From NCBI GenBank assembly GCA_963842085.1, contig CAWJET010000001.1:640001-704000 (forward strand): DNA of 64,000 nucleotides, in the 5' to 3' direction. Numbering within the stretch: position 1 is the stretch's first letter; every line of letters starts with the position of its first letter. Below are positions 9,595-18,775 of the stretch, one piece after another. The translations under genes were made by a program, and so were the position numbers. Source of the stretch: an uncultured delta proteobacterium. Its GTDB lineage: Bacteria; Desulfobacterota; Binatia; Binatales; Binataceae. The notes under the pieces are model-generated. The model searched no databases. It saw only the letters and a list, made by a program, of their open reading frames with translations, and had not been told where the DNA came from.

Positions 9595-10311
9595 TCAGAT
9601 AGTTAGCGCGGGGGTGCTGGTCGAGACGAAGTTATACGGTGGCCATGGTCCGCTGACTTCGATCGCGCGACGACGATCTGCCAGCAACGCGCGGGTGAAT
9701 TCCGCGACGCCCTCGCGCGGGACCAGGAAGTGGATCGTCAACTTTGACTTCCAATCGTGACCCGATTGTCCGGGAATGGCGCGGATGAACTTCCCCTCGG
9801 CCATCGCGCAGAGTGCTCTGCGAGCTTTCTCGCGCCGCGCGCCCGATTGATCGACGAGCGCGTAATGCTTCCGCCGCCCGGCGAGATAGCCGATGCCGGA
9901 TGGGTTCGCGGACGATAACTGCCGCGAAGGCGGCGTCGCGCGAACCTGGTCGGGATCTTCGAAGGGCACGACGGCGGACATTTCCACGCGACCGTCGAGT
10001 TCGTCGAGCAGCGCGCCGAACGTGCCCCGCTCTCGCTTAAGAAACTCCGCGACGTCGCCGATGGTTTTGAAGCGGCAGCCGTATCGCATAGGAATAACGG
10101 TGCGCTCATGGTTGAACGACTCGACTATTTTCGAATAGACGAGGAGGCGCGCCACGTCCGGGTCCGCATCCGCCAGCGACAGCCTGGATACGATCGCACC
10201 CAGCCGATCGGTCCGCGCCATGATCGAAGCGCGCGGATAGCCGATGAACCTGAGCTTTTCACGCGGTTCTCTGCGGTCACCGTGCACGATGCCGTAAAGT
10301 AGAAAGCTCAC
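9595..10311 (-). CDS. gvpF: GvpL/GvpF family gas vesicle protein
   Basis: LLYGIV, VIPMRYG, C-terminal SGPWPPYNF. Confidence 0.88.
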   Translation of the reverse strand: MSFLLYGIVHGDRREPREKLRFIGYPRASIMARTDRLGAIVSRLSLADADPDVARLLVYSKIVESFNHERTVIPMRYGCRFKTIGDVAEFLKRERGTFGALLDELDGRVEMSAVVPFEDPDQVRATPPSRQLSSANPSGIGYLAGRRKHYALVDQSGARREKARRALCAMAEGKFIRAIPGQSGHDWKSKLTIHFLVPREGVAEFTRALLADRRRAIEVSGPWPPYNFVSTSTPALTI

Positions 10312-11096
10312 GGCGGTGAGTCCAGGTGCGGACAGAAGCTGTACGGCGGCCAGGGTCCGGTGAGCGCGAAGCTCAGACCGTCCTCGGCGCGCGCGCGGTT
10401 GATAGCCTCGATGCGGCGGTGAAATCCAGCGATCCGGTCGCGCGCCAGCAGCGCCGCCAGGTTCAGGACCTCCTCACGCCCATCGGGCTGCATTGAATCA
10501 CCCAGAATTCGGCGCTGACACGAACGCGTCGCACATTGGTCGAGCGCGTCGGCAACTGTTGCGAGATTCCGTTCCAGCCACGCACCCGACTGCTGGTTCG
10601 CCCTCTGCTCGGCGCGGCGTTCGCGCATATATCGAAGACCGGGCGAGACGGCGGCGGATTCCGCTTGCGAGTTCGATTCGATCAGCGATCGCTTGAGCCG
10701 TCCGCGGTCAAGCAACGCCTTGATGCCCCATTCCTCGCAACCGGCCGCATATTGGAAGAACCCCTTGATTAGGTCGGCGTTTCGCGCCAGGAACTCTTCC
10801 AAGATCCGGGACGACGAGAACAGTGTGCCGAACGGAACCGGCAACACGGGGCTGGCACGAAAGACCTCGGCGATGACGCGTCCATGGTCGAGCGCGCGCG
10901 GCGTCACCCACGCCGGGTCTTCGAGCCGCCGGTCCGCGTCGGGTCCGCAGAATTCGTCGAGCGAAACGCGTTTCGCGATGGCGCAGAGATCGCCGTGGCG
11001 ATGCAGGAACAAGCGGTCGAGCTTGGACGACGACTCGGGAAAGCCCGGGCACTGCATATTGCTGAGACAGAAGATATATATTCCGGCGTCCATCAA
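10308..11096 (-). CDS. gvpL: GvpL/GvpF family gas vesicle protein
   Basis: PVLPVPFGTLF, EEWGIK, TGPWPPYSF. Confidence 0.88.
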   Translation of the reverse strand: MMDAGIYIFCLSNMQCPGFPESSSKLDRLFLHRHGDLCAIAKRVSLDEFCGPDADRRLEDPAWVTPRALDHGRVIAEVFRASPVLPVPFGTLFSSSRILEEFLARNADLIKGFFQYAAGCEEWGIKALLDRGRLKRSLIESNSQAESAAVSPGLRYMRERRAEQRANQQSGAWLERNLATVADALDQCATRSCQRRILGDSMQPDGREEVLNLAALLARDRIAGFHRRIEAINRARAEDGLSFALTGPWPPYSFCPHLDSPP

Positions 11097-13249
11097 CTTA
11101 GACCGGAGTTGCTTTCGGTCAATTGAGCTGCGAGATCTTCCGCCTCGACGCGCACGGCAACGCTGGAACCGGGTTTGTCAGCGAGTCGCTGCACCGCGCG
11201 ACGAACCGCGCTCAACCCGGCTTTCCTGCATAGCGCCGCCAGTTCGGCACCGCTGTAGCCTTCGGTATCCCGGGCGAGATGATCGAGGCTGACCTGCGGC
11301 GCGACCGACCTGCCGCGCAAATGCACTTCGAGGATGGCTTTGCGATCTGCCTGGTCAGGCGGCGGAATCTCGATGATCTCGTCGAAACGTCCCGGGCGGA
11401 GCACCGCGGGATCGAGCCGGTCGAGCCGGTTGGTCGCCCCCAGCACCAGCACCCCTTTTAGTTCCTCGATTCCGTCGAACTCGCTGAGAAACTGGCTGAG
11501 CACGCGATCGGCAACCGGGTCGGCCGAGAGGCCGCCGCCGCGAGTCGGCACCAGCGCGTCGATTTCGTCGAAAAAAATGATCGCCGGTGCGGCCTGGCGC
11601 GCCTTGCGAAAAATATCGCGCAGGCCGCGTTCCGAATCGCCTACCCATTTCGAGAGCAGTTCGGGGCCCTTCACCGACAGGAAATTGACGTTGCTCTCGG
11701 TTGCCAAGGCCTTCGCCAGCAGCGTCTTGCCGCATCCCGGCGCGCCCACCAGCAAAATCCCCTTGGGCGGCGTCAGATGAGCCTGGGCGAACAGTTCGCC
11801 ATACTTCAGCGGCCATTCGACGCTCTCGCGAAGCCGCTGCTTGGTCTCCAGCAGCCCGCCGATGTCGCTCCAGGCAACGTTCGGCACCTCGACGAACACC
11901 TCGCGAATGGCAGACGGCTCGACTTCGCACAGGGCGTTGCGGAAGTCATCCATCCGCACTTCGATTTTCGAGAGCCGTTCATAGAAGATCTGCTCGGTCG
12001 CGGAATCGATGTCGGGCAGGATGCCGCGCAAGGTCAGCATCGCGGCCTCCCGGCACAGCGCCTCCAAATCGGCGCCGACGAAGCCGTGGGTGATCGAGGC
12101 AAGATGCGGCAGATCGACGTCGGCCGCCAGCGGCATTCCGCGGCTGTGAATCTCCAGCATCTCGAGCCGCGCCGAGCGATCTGGAATCGGGATGGCGAGT
12201 TCGCGATCAAAGCGTCCGGGACGGCGCAGCGCGGGATCGAGCGCGTTGGGCAGGTTGGTGGCGCCAATCACGATCACGTTCTGGCGTTGATTGAGCCCGT
12301 CCATCAGCGCGAGCAACTGCGCGACGATCCGCTTTTCGACCTCGCCGGTGACGCGTTCGCGCTGCGGTGCGATCGCATCGATCTCGTCGATAAAAATTAT
12401 GCTTGGTCCTTTGCGGGCCGCATCTTCGAAAATCCTGCGCAGGCGCGCTTCACTTTCGCCGTAGAATTTATGAACGATCTCGGGGCCGCTGACTGAGAAG
12501 AAGTTCGCCTCGGTTTCGTGCGCGATCGCGCGCGCGATCAGCGTCTTGCCGCATCCCGGCGGGCCGTGGAGCAAGACGCCCTTGGGCGCGTCGATTCCCA
12601 GCCGAGCGAAAATCTCGGGGTGGCGCAGCGGCAACTCGATCATCTCGCGAATTCGCTGGAGTTGCGGCTTGAGGCCGCCGATATCCTCATAAGAAATGGA
12701 ACGCGCCGCCGGTCCGGCGGACAGCTCTCCGATGATGAGCCGGGTGGTCGGCGCGATCACGACCGGACCCCTTGGCACCGTGGCTTCGACTTTGAAATCC
12801 GCCCAGCGGCTGCCGAACAGCGTCGCGCGGATTCCATTCCCCTCGAGCACCGGCAGGCCGTCGAGCAGGCTGCCGATGTAGTCGAGGTCGCGCTCCGACG
12901 GGCGCACGTTGGTCGGTGCGAGCGTCACCTGGTCGGCGACCCGACACGCTACTTTGCGAATGGTCACGAATTCGCCCAGTCCCGCGCCCGCGCTCTCGCG
13001 GCTGACGCCGTCCATCTGGACCGACGATTTGCCGCGCGACTCGGCATGCGCCGGCATCAGCTTGCACACGGTCTTGCGCTTGCCGGAAACTTCGACGGTA
13101 TCGCCGATTGCGGCGCCCATCCTGAGCATGTCCTCGGGACTAATCCGGGCATAGGCGTGGCCGGTATCCTTGGTCATCGCCTCCGCGACCTTGAGCTTGA
13201 TACCGCCGGCGGCGGGCTCGGCCGGCTCGATGGGTGCGGCGCTGTTCAT
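11093..13249 (-). CDS. CDC48/p97/VAT-family double-ring AAA+ ATPase
   Basis: N-domain plus two AAA modules (GPPGCGKT/IFIDEID and GAPGCGKT/IFFDEID), RPGRFD in both, pore loops KFYG and KWVG, EPSAIREV linker. Confidence 0.95.
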   Translation of the reverse strand: MNSAAPIEPAEPAAGGIKLKVAEAMTKDTGHAYARISPEDMLRMGAAIGDTVEVSGKRKTVCKLMPAHAESRGKSSVQMDGVSRESAGAGLGEFVTIRKVACRVADQVTLAPTNVRPSERDLDYIGSLLDGLPVLEGNGIRATLFGSRWADFKVEATVPRGPVVIAPTTRLIIGELSAGPAARSISYEDIGGLKPQLQRIREMIELPLRHPEIFARLGIDAPKGVLLHGPPGCGKTLIARAIAHETEANFFSVSGPEIVHKFYGESEARLRRIFEDAARKGPSIIFIDEIDAIAPQRERVTGEVEKRIVAQLLALMDGLNQRQNVIVIGATNLPNALDPALRRPGRFDRELAIPIPDRSARLEMLEIHSRGMPLAADVDLPHLASITHGFVGADLEALCREAAMLTLRGILPDIDSATEQIFYERLSKIEVRMDDFRNALCEVEPSAIREVFVEVPNVAWSDIGGLLETKQRLRESVEWPLKYGELFAQAHLTPPKGILLVGAPGCGKTLLAKALATESNVNFLSVKGPELLSKWVGDSERGLRDIFRKARQAAPAIIFFDEIDALVPTRGGGLSADPVADRVLSQFLSEFDGIEELKGVLVLGATNRLDRLDPAVLRPGRFDEIIEIPPPDQADRKAILEVHLRGRSVAPQVSLDHLARDTEGYSGAELAALCRKAGLSAVRRAVQRLADKPGSSVAVRVEAEDLAAQLTESNSGLS

Positions 13250-13755
13250 TTCAGCGGACAGCTGATCTCAACGATCCCGTTGTTGCAGGCAACTTCGATG
13301 CGGCTGCGCACGACCGGCTTGGGCAGCAGTATCTCCTTGCGATACTTGCGGTCGCGGTGCGAAGCCTCGACGTTCATCACGTCGCCGTCGACCGAGACCG
13401 AGATGTCGTCGGCGGTGATTCCCGGCATCTCGGCGATCACGAGGATGCGGTCCTTCTCCTCGATGACGTCGAAGAGCGGTTCGCGGACTTCATGGACGAC
13501 AGCGTGACGCGTCTTCTTGTCCAACTTGACGTTGCCGAAAGGCTCGATATTGACGGCGTCGCCGCCAAGCCCGACTTTCATGCGGAAGCCGTACACGCCC
13601 TTGAGCTTGTCGTCCTGGCTGAGCACGCCCTCGCGACGCATTTCGCGGCCGGTCTCGGCGAGCTCGCCCAGTTTCTCGATCAGGTCGGACAGGCCCTTGA
13701 CGAATCCTGCGCCGGATGCGCGGCTGTCGGGCATCGATTTTCGTTTAGCGTTCAT
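13246..13755 (-). CDS. gvpH: Hsp20-family protein, GvpH-like
   Basis: GVYGF...IEPFGN...REPLFDV...AEMPGI...NNGIVEI; AGGAG RBS before ATG 13755. Confidence 0.8.
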   Translation of the reverse strand: MNAKRKSMPDSRASGAGFVKGLSDLIEKLGELAETGREMRREGVLSQDDKLKGVYGFRMKVGLGGDAVNIEPFGNVKLDKKTRHAVVHEVREPLFDVIEEKDRILVIAEMPGITADDISVSVDGDVMNVEASHRDRKYRKEILLPKPVVRSRIEVACNNGIVEISCPLK

Positions 13756-14086
13756 TGTGAGTCTCCTTTGCAACCAGCGCGCGATTGGCCGCCAGCTCGG
13801 CTTCGAGTCTTGCGATCCGAGCTTCGAAGCCTTGATCGGGGGCGGGCAACTGCTGCTGACCCTCGGCAAGCGCTTCGACCCGCTGGGGATTCCACCAATC
13901 AAGCCCGAGCTCCTTGGCCTTTTCGACCGAGCACACGACCAAGCGGATTTGAATCGTAAGCAGTTCCACCTCGACCAGTTTGATCTTGATGTCGCCGGCG
14001 ATGACGATTCCCTTGTCCAGCACCCGTTCGAGCAGGTCTGCGAGCGTCGACGACTGGACTGAATGCTGCATGGATTGTGAAGACAT
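13745..14086 (-). CDS. gvpJ: GvpA/GvpJ-family gas vesicle protein
   Basis: LADLLERVLDKGIVIAGDI...ELLTIQIRLVVCSV. Confidence 0.88.
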   Translation of the reverse strand: MSSQSMQHSVQSSTLADLLERVLDKGIVIAGDIKIKLVEVELLTIQIRLVVCSVEKAKELGLDWWNPQRVEALAEGQQQLPAPDQGFEARIARLEAELAANRALVAKETHNER

Positions 14087-14099
14087 GAATCGAGCTACC

Positions 14100-14477
14100 T
14101 CAAACCAGTTTGCCCAGCGGTCCGAGGTCGATATTCAGGTCCTCAGGCGAGAGCCCGAATCCTTCGCGAAGGGCGTCTATTTGTTCACTCTGCCGCATCA
14201 AGGTCAGTCCCAGGCGCTCGCAATCGGCCTCGCTCAGGCGGCCGGATTCGATCCGTGCGAGGGCCTGGCGTTCGAGCAATTCGTGGAGCAGATTCACCAA
14301 TGCCAGCACCAATTGCGCGAGCCCGTTCTTGAGATCGTCGGGTTTCAAATTGACCCGGCGCTCGCCCCTGGCATCCGGCGGGTCGCCTAGCAGGGTCTCG
14401 CCGAATCCGCTGTCGCGCCGCCGGGAAAGCCGCTCGCGTGTCGGCTTGCCGGCCGGGCGGCGGGCCGCATTATTCAT
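14100..14477 (-). CDS. gvpK: Gas vesicle protein GvpK
   Basis: GLAQLVL.LV.LL.ELLERQA...ERLG.TL...DLNIDLGPLG. Confidence 0.92.
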   Translation of the reverse strand: MNNAARRPAGKPTRERLSRRRDSGFGETLLGDPPDARGERRVNLKPDDLKNGLAQLVLALVNLLHELLERQALARIESGRLSEADCERLGLTLMRQSEQIDALREGFGLSPEDLNIDLGPLGKLV

Positions 14478-14718
14478 CGCGTGCCGCCTCGACCGAGCTG
14501 ATCATGACTTGCAGGCCGAGGTAGATAAGGTCGATATCGGCGACCGAGATAGTGACCTCACCCGCGACCACCGCGCCCTTGTTCAACACCCGATCGAGGG
14601 TTTCGCAGAGCGAGACACGCTCGCTCGGACGCATCGCGAGGTTTTCCAGGGGATGCGCGCGCTCAGTCTTCATCGTCGTGGTTTCCTTCGGCGCTCTCGA
14701 GGCCTTCGTGCTGTTCAT
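14470..14718 (-). CDS. Small GvpA-family accessory protein (GvpS/GvpA2-like)
   Basis: LDRVLNKGAVVAGEVTISVADIDLIYLGL; start may be 14673. Confidence 0.85.
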   Translation of the reverse strand: MNSTKASRAPKETTTMKTERAHPLENLAMRPSERVSLCETLDRVLNKGAVVAGEVTISVADIDLIYLGLQVMISSVEAARDE

Positions 14719-14935
14719 TGAGCCGGTCGAGGCGATCGAGCAATTCCTTCTCGCGCGTTTCGAACTGCGATTCGGTGATGGCGCCGGTTTCGAGCTTTCG
14801 ATGCAGCTCGCTCAAGTCCGTGGTGATGCGCGCGGCATCGTTCTCGAGTTCTTCCTGCGCGGCCTCATGAACTTTGCGCATCACCCAGATCAAAAAGCTG
14901 CCGGGCGCCAGCAGTATATCGTCGATTAGGAACAT
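14663..14935 (-). CDS. gvpG: Gas vesicle protein GvpG
   Basis: MFLIDDILLAP...LSEL...LETGAITESQFETREKELLDRL; internal start of track ORF 14663..15172. Confidence 0.9.
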   Translation of the reverse strand: MFLIDDILLAPGSFLIWVMRKVHEAAQEELENDAARITTDLSELHRKLETGAITESQFETREKELLDRLDRLNEQHEGLESAEGNHDDED

Positions 14936-14940
14936 CGCGG

Positions 14941-15726
14941 CTAATTCCTGATGGTGATCTCGGCAAAGCTGTGGGGCGGCCACGGGCCGTTGTAGTCGAA
15001 GGCGAAGTTGTTGTCGAAATGAGTCGCCGCGCGGAACACGCCTTGCTCGAATTCCGCACGCCGGTCCTTTCCGACCAGGCATGCGAGGTTCATTATCTCG
15101 CGATCGTCGCGCGGCGGACCGCGCTTGATTGCCGCGCATAGCGGTCCGAGTTCTTCCTCGACCGTCGCGCAATGGGCCACGCGATCGGCTTCGTGCAGCC
15201 GCTCGAACATCCGTCCCAACTCGATCCGATCATTCTGCGAAGGCTGGTTGGAGCCGCCGAACAGGCGGTCGCGCTCCGCCTTGAGCTCCGGATGGGTGTC
15301 GACGAAGTATTCGAAGATGTTGGGGACGTCCCATACCACCCGCACACCCATCTCCAGTTTTCCCGCGATCTGCCTGAGTTGGCTGGCGAAGATCTCGCGA
15401 TTGGACGCGAGCAGGCTTTTGATTTCGTTGGCATTCGCCGCGATGGTACCGAAGCGCATGGGCAGGACCGCTTCTTCCACCGCCATCAGGCCGCTCAAGA
15501 CCGCGCGATGGGCCGCGAGGTTACGCCGCTGCGGACGGATCCGATCGTTCTCGAGGTCGCTGACCACGGCCGCCATCCCGCGATGCGCGATGGTATAGAT
15601 CGGCCGATCGTCCAGCCCTTTGAAATCGAGGACCTGCGCCGCACTCTGCGCGACTACCGCATAGATGTAGCGGCCATGCGCGGCTTTGGCGCCGGCGTCG
15701 ATCCGACGCGACGGCTCCCCGCTCAT
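14941..15726 (-). CDS. gvpF: Gas vesicle protein GvpF
   Basis: GRYIYAVV, AVLPMRFG, RIELG, NGPWPPHSF. Confidence 0.92.
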   Translation of the reverse strand: MSGEPSRRIDAGAKAAHGRYIYAVVAQSAAQVLDFKGLDDRPIYTIAHRGMAAVVSDLENDRIRPQRRNLAAHRAVLSGLMAVEEAVLPMRFGTIAANANEIKSLLASNREIFASQLRQIAGKLEMGVRVVWDVPNIFEYFVDTHPELKAERDRLFGGSNQPSQNDRIELGRMFERLHEADRVAHCATVEEELGPLCAAIKRGPPRDDREIMNLACLVGKDRRAEFEQGVFRAATHFDNNFAFDYNGPWPPHSFAEITIRN

Positions 15727-15983
15727 TGGATTTTGTCCGCAGGAGCGGGGCGCGCACGGTCAAGCCCAAGTCCGCCACCGTGATCGGCCAACGGAGCGTC
15801 GTCGATCTCGCGCCCGCGATTCGAGCGCGGCCCGCACAACTGCACCACGCGCAGGCTGCCCTGCTCGGTCTTGATCGCGAGCATCGCGTCGCATCCGTAG
15901 CACTTGACTGCGCCCTCGTAGTTCTCCGCGTAAGCTTCATCAAGGTCGACGTTATGCCCGCATGAGAGACAGTTTATCTTCAT
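15723..15983 (-). CDS. Small zinc-ribbon protein (CxxC...CxxC) inside the gvp operon
   Basis: MKINCLSCGH...YEGAVKCYGCDAML; GAGG RBS; 4-nt overlap with gvpF. Confidence 0.75.
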   Translation of the reverse strand: MKINCLSCGHNVDLDEAYAENYEGAVKCYGCDAMLAIKTEQGSLRVVQLCGPRSNRGREIDDAPLADHGGGLGLDRARPAPADKIQ

Positions 15984-15991
15984 TATTTTCC

Positions 15992-16309
15992 TCAGTATTT
16001 GAGCGAGATGCCGCGGGAGCGCCGCGAATTCGAGCCTTGCGCGCCCTGGCGCACGCCCACCATGGATTCGGCCGGCGCTTCCATCGCGGCCAGCAGCGCG
16101 GCTTTCTCGAGGCCGATTTCCTCGTAGCGCGCGTCGATCTCGCCGATCCGCCGCGCGGCATGCCGGCGGACGCGGCTGAGACGCAGTTTCTCGAGTTCGA
16201 GCGAAGTGATCTTCATATACGCTGCATGGGGCGCAAGCGTGACCGCGCCGAGCGCGCCGGTGGTGCGCAGATCCTTCAATCCGCGAAGATGGTGTTTGCG
16301 CTGCGGCAT
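15992..16309 (-). CDS. gvpV: GvpV-like coiled-coil gas vesicle protein
   Basis: YMKITSLELEK.RL...RIGEIDAR..EI..EK; immediately downstream of gvpN. Confidence 0.65.
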   Translation of the reverse strand: MPQRKHHLRGLKDLRTTGALGAVTLAPHAAYMKITSLELEKLRLSRVRRHAARRIGEIDARYEEIGLEKAALLAAMEAPAESMVGVRQGAQGSNSRRSRGISLKY

Positions 16310-17362
16310 CTAGGCTCCGGCGCTTCGCCGCGCTCGCGTGCGCGTCTGGCAGACCTTGCGCATCGCTTCGTCGATCTTGCGGCTCATCTGGGATTCGCCG
16401 CCGCGGGTCACCTTGGCGGTGTCGACGTTGAGCACGTCGTGACAAACCCATTGGAAGACCGTGTCATCGAGACGCGCCAGCGCACCTTTGCGCGCGAGCA
16501 CGCTTGCGATCGCGATGCACGCGCGGATGGTGGGACGATGGTTGTTGACGCCGACTCCGCGCAGCTCGCGGACCAGGTCGACCACAACTTCGGCGTCGGC
16601 GCGTGCGATCCCCGAGCGTGCGACCGCAATCCTGATTTCGGTCTCGCGATCGTAGTGGCCGAGGTCGAGCGTGATCAGCCGATCCATCAGGGCGTCGGGC
16701 GCCTTATGGACGCCGGCATACTCTTCGGGATTGGAGGTGAAAATCGCGCGGAACTCGGGATGCACCTCGATGTAACCGCCCTGGACCTTGCCCAGCGAGG
16801 GCAGGCTCAGCATCTTCTCTTCCAGCACGCTGAGCAGCACGTTGTTGGCTTCGGCGCGCGAACGGTTGAACTCGTCGTAGATGAGCGTATAGCCGTCGCG
16901 GCATGCGGTAGTCAGGCGATTCTCCATCCACAGCACCCGCATGTTTTCCTCGGACTTGAGGACCGAGTGGATGTAGTTGTCGATGAACTTGGATTTCCTG
17001 TAGCCGACATCCTTGCCGGTGAGATCGGAACTCACGAATTCGTCATCGCCGTGAATCAGGATGACCGGGCGCCCGAGCTTGGCCGCGATATGAAACGCGA
17101 TGGTGGTCTTGCCGGTGCCGGCGAAGCCAGCCAGGTGAAGCGGGTAGCCGATTTCGAGGTAGGACAGCGCGCGCTGCGTCAGATCCTCGACGTAGGGGCT
17201 GGAGACGAAGCCATCGCTGGCTTCCGGAACAAAGACGCTGTCGGGCGGCTCGGCCACTGGGTCATCGGGGCTCTCGACCGCCTCGGTCTGGTCCTGCTCG
17301 AGCAGACTTGCCAAGGGCGCGTCCCGGTATCCTTGCCCGTTGAGTTGTTCCGCGCCCTTCAC
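16310..17362 (-). CDS. gvpN: Gas vesicle AAA+ ATPase GvpN
   Basis: GFAGTGKT, LIYDEFNRS, FTSNPEEYAGVH...DALMDR. Confidence 0.95.
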   Translation of the reverse strand: MKGAEQLNGQGYRDAPLASLLEQDQTEAVESPDDPVAEPPDSVFVPEASDGFVSSPYVEDLTQRALSYLEIGYPLHLAGFAGTGKTTIAFHIAAKLGRPVILIHGDDEFVSSDLTGKDVGYRKSKFIDNYIHSVLKSEENMRVLWMENRLTTACRDGYTLIYDEFNRSRAEANNVLLSVLEEKMLSLPSLGKVQGGYIEVHPEFRAIFTSNPEEYAGVHKAPDALMDRLITLDLGHYDRETEIRIAVARSGIARADAEVVVDLVRELRGVGVNNHRPTIRACIAIASVLARKGALARLDDTVFQWVCHDVLNVDTAKVTRGGESQMSRKIDEAMRKVCQTRTRARRSAGA

Positions 17363-17646
17363 GCTCTTTTGCCCGTGAAATTCCGCCGCGCGCGCATCCG
17401 CTCGGCGTGCAGCCCGTCCATCATATCGTGGATGAAGCGCTGATTTTCGGCGTTGAAGTCGCCGCGCAGCTCGCGCATCCTGGCATGCTCATCGTGCATC
17501 GCCGCGCGCATCGCGGAGAGCATCTTGGCGGTATCGGAGCGGAGGGTGGTGCCGAATCGACGCAATCGATCGACCATCTTTCGGCGCTCGCGGTGGAGGG
17601 CGTCAATTTCGTGCCGGAGATTCATCATGTCGCTGGCAAAGTGCAT
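17359..17646 (-). CDS. gvpC: Short GvpC-like amphipathic helical protein
   Basis: All-helical, charged 95-aa protein located between gvpA and gvpN; call rests mainly on position. Confidence 0.6.
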   Translation of the reverse strand: MHFASDMMNLRHEIDALHRERRKMVDRLRRFGTTLRSDTAKMLSAMRAAMHDEHARMRELRGDFNAENQRFIHDMMDGLHAERMRARRNFTGKRA

Positions 17647-17682
17647 TGCTATAGTCCTCGATTTTATGCTGCGGTCCCTCGG

Positions 17683-17723
17683 CTAGCGCCGGAAAGGTTT
17701 TACACCCCCCTTCCGGCCGCTAA
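17683..17723 (-). terminator. Stem-loop directly downstream of gvpA
   Basis: mRNA TTAGCGGCCGGAAGG...CCTTTCCGGCGCTAG inverted repeat, 12 nt after the stop codon. Confidence 0.6.
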
Positions 17724-17735
17724 CCTCGGGAGTTA

Positions 17736-17954
17736 TTAGGCCGGCGTTGCTGCCGATGCCGTTAATCCGATCGCTTCGGCGTACTTGAGGTACGTTTCGA
17801 CCGACGCGATCACCACTCTCGCTTCGACCGAGAGCAGCTCGATTCCCACCAACGAGACCTTGACCCATGCGTCAATCACGATGCCTTTGTCGAGGATTCG
17901 ATCCACGACCTCGGCCAGACTGGACGAATCGGTCGCCTTCTGAACTCGTGCCAC
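17736..17954 (-). CDS. gvpA: Major gas vesicle structural protein GvpA
   Basis: [55 protein letters not shown]; GTG start after AAGGAGG. Confidence 0.98.
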   Translation of the reverse strand: MARVQKATDSSSLAEVVDRILDKGIVIDAWVKVSLVGIELLSVEARVVIASVETYLKYAEAIGLTASAATPA

Positions 17955-18309
17955 TTTGCAGTCCTCCTTGCGTCTTCTCGCGATCACCTGGGGCGGTGGG
18001 CGGAAGTGATTTGGATGGACTTCTTCAGAGCACCGATCGTGCCGAGGAGGGGTGCGCAGAATTGAACTGTTGAGCGCGGCTGCGGTCACACTTGGCAATC
18101 GAGAGCGCGCAGGTGATGCCACTTTTGGGACACTCCATCGCATTCGGGTGTCCGTTTTTGGGCGACCGTGAATGCGGCCGACGCGAACCGTTTGGTTAAA
18201 ATATTTCTCAAGACCTTCCACCGCGGTAGCCATTGATGGAGCAGCAGCAGGATAGCAGCGAAGCGGAATCGAAGGTTATAAGTAATAAGGAAGGATTCGA
18301 GGAGATTTT

Positions 18310-18750
18310 ATGAAACCACTGCCTCACATATACACTGCGCAACTCTCGGGCGGCTGCGAGGGGTACGCTGTAGTCTCGGTTGCGGGAATACCTGAACTTC
18401 GCGTCGCTCCGCCAGCAGATTTCGACGGGCCGGGCGATGCCTGGAGTCCCGAACATCTGCTGATGGCGGCGGTCGAGAGCTGCTTCCTCTTCACGCTTCG
18501 CGCGGTAGCCAAGGCGTCGAGGCTGGCGTTCGAATCGTTGGAGCTGTCGGGCGAGGGCACGCTCGATCGCAAAGATGGTGTGACTCGTTTTACGGAGATC
18601 GTGCTTCGCCCGCGACTCAAGCTCGCGGCGGACAGAGACCGAGACAAAGCCATACGGGTGCTCGAAAAAAGCGAGAAGGCGTGTTTGGTCTCGGCCTCGC
18701 TATCCACGCACATCCGGCTCGAGCCGGAAATCGTGTCCGGCCCGAGCTGA
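18310..18750 (+). CDS. OsmC/Ohr-family protein
   Basis: WSPEHLLMAAVESCF ... KACLVSASL (two conserved Cys). Confidence 0.9.
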   Translation: MKPLPHIYTAQLSGGCEGYAVVSVAGIPELRVAPPADFDGPGDAWSPEHLLMAAVESCFLFTLRAVAKASRLAFESLELSGEGTLDRKDGVTRFTEIVLRPRLKLAADRDRDKAIRVLEKSEKACLVSASLSTHIRLEPEIVSGPS

Positions 18751-18775
18751 TCAATTCTCCGCCCAGGCTCCTCAC

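Noticed and set aside
15962-17443. 493-aa plus-strand ORF, and similar long ORFs at 37998..39551, 18785..19837, 12518..13507, 36357..37316, 40758..41714 and 56054..57244
   Set aside because: Antisense shadows of well-supported genes (gvpN, hypDE, DUF3419-like, cdc48, crotonase, hypF, cbbSX). Such ORFs are expected in high-GC DNA and show no motifs.
18107-18121. Possible sigma-54 promoter for gvpA (minus strand TGGCATCACCTGCGC)
   Set aside because: GG-N10-GC spacing is met, but the -12 element lacks the TTGC/TGC context; too weak in GC-rich DNA.
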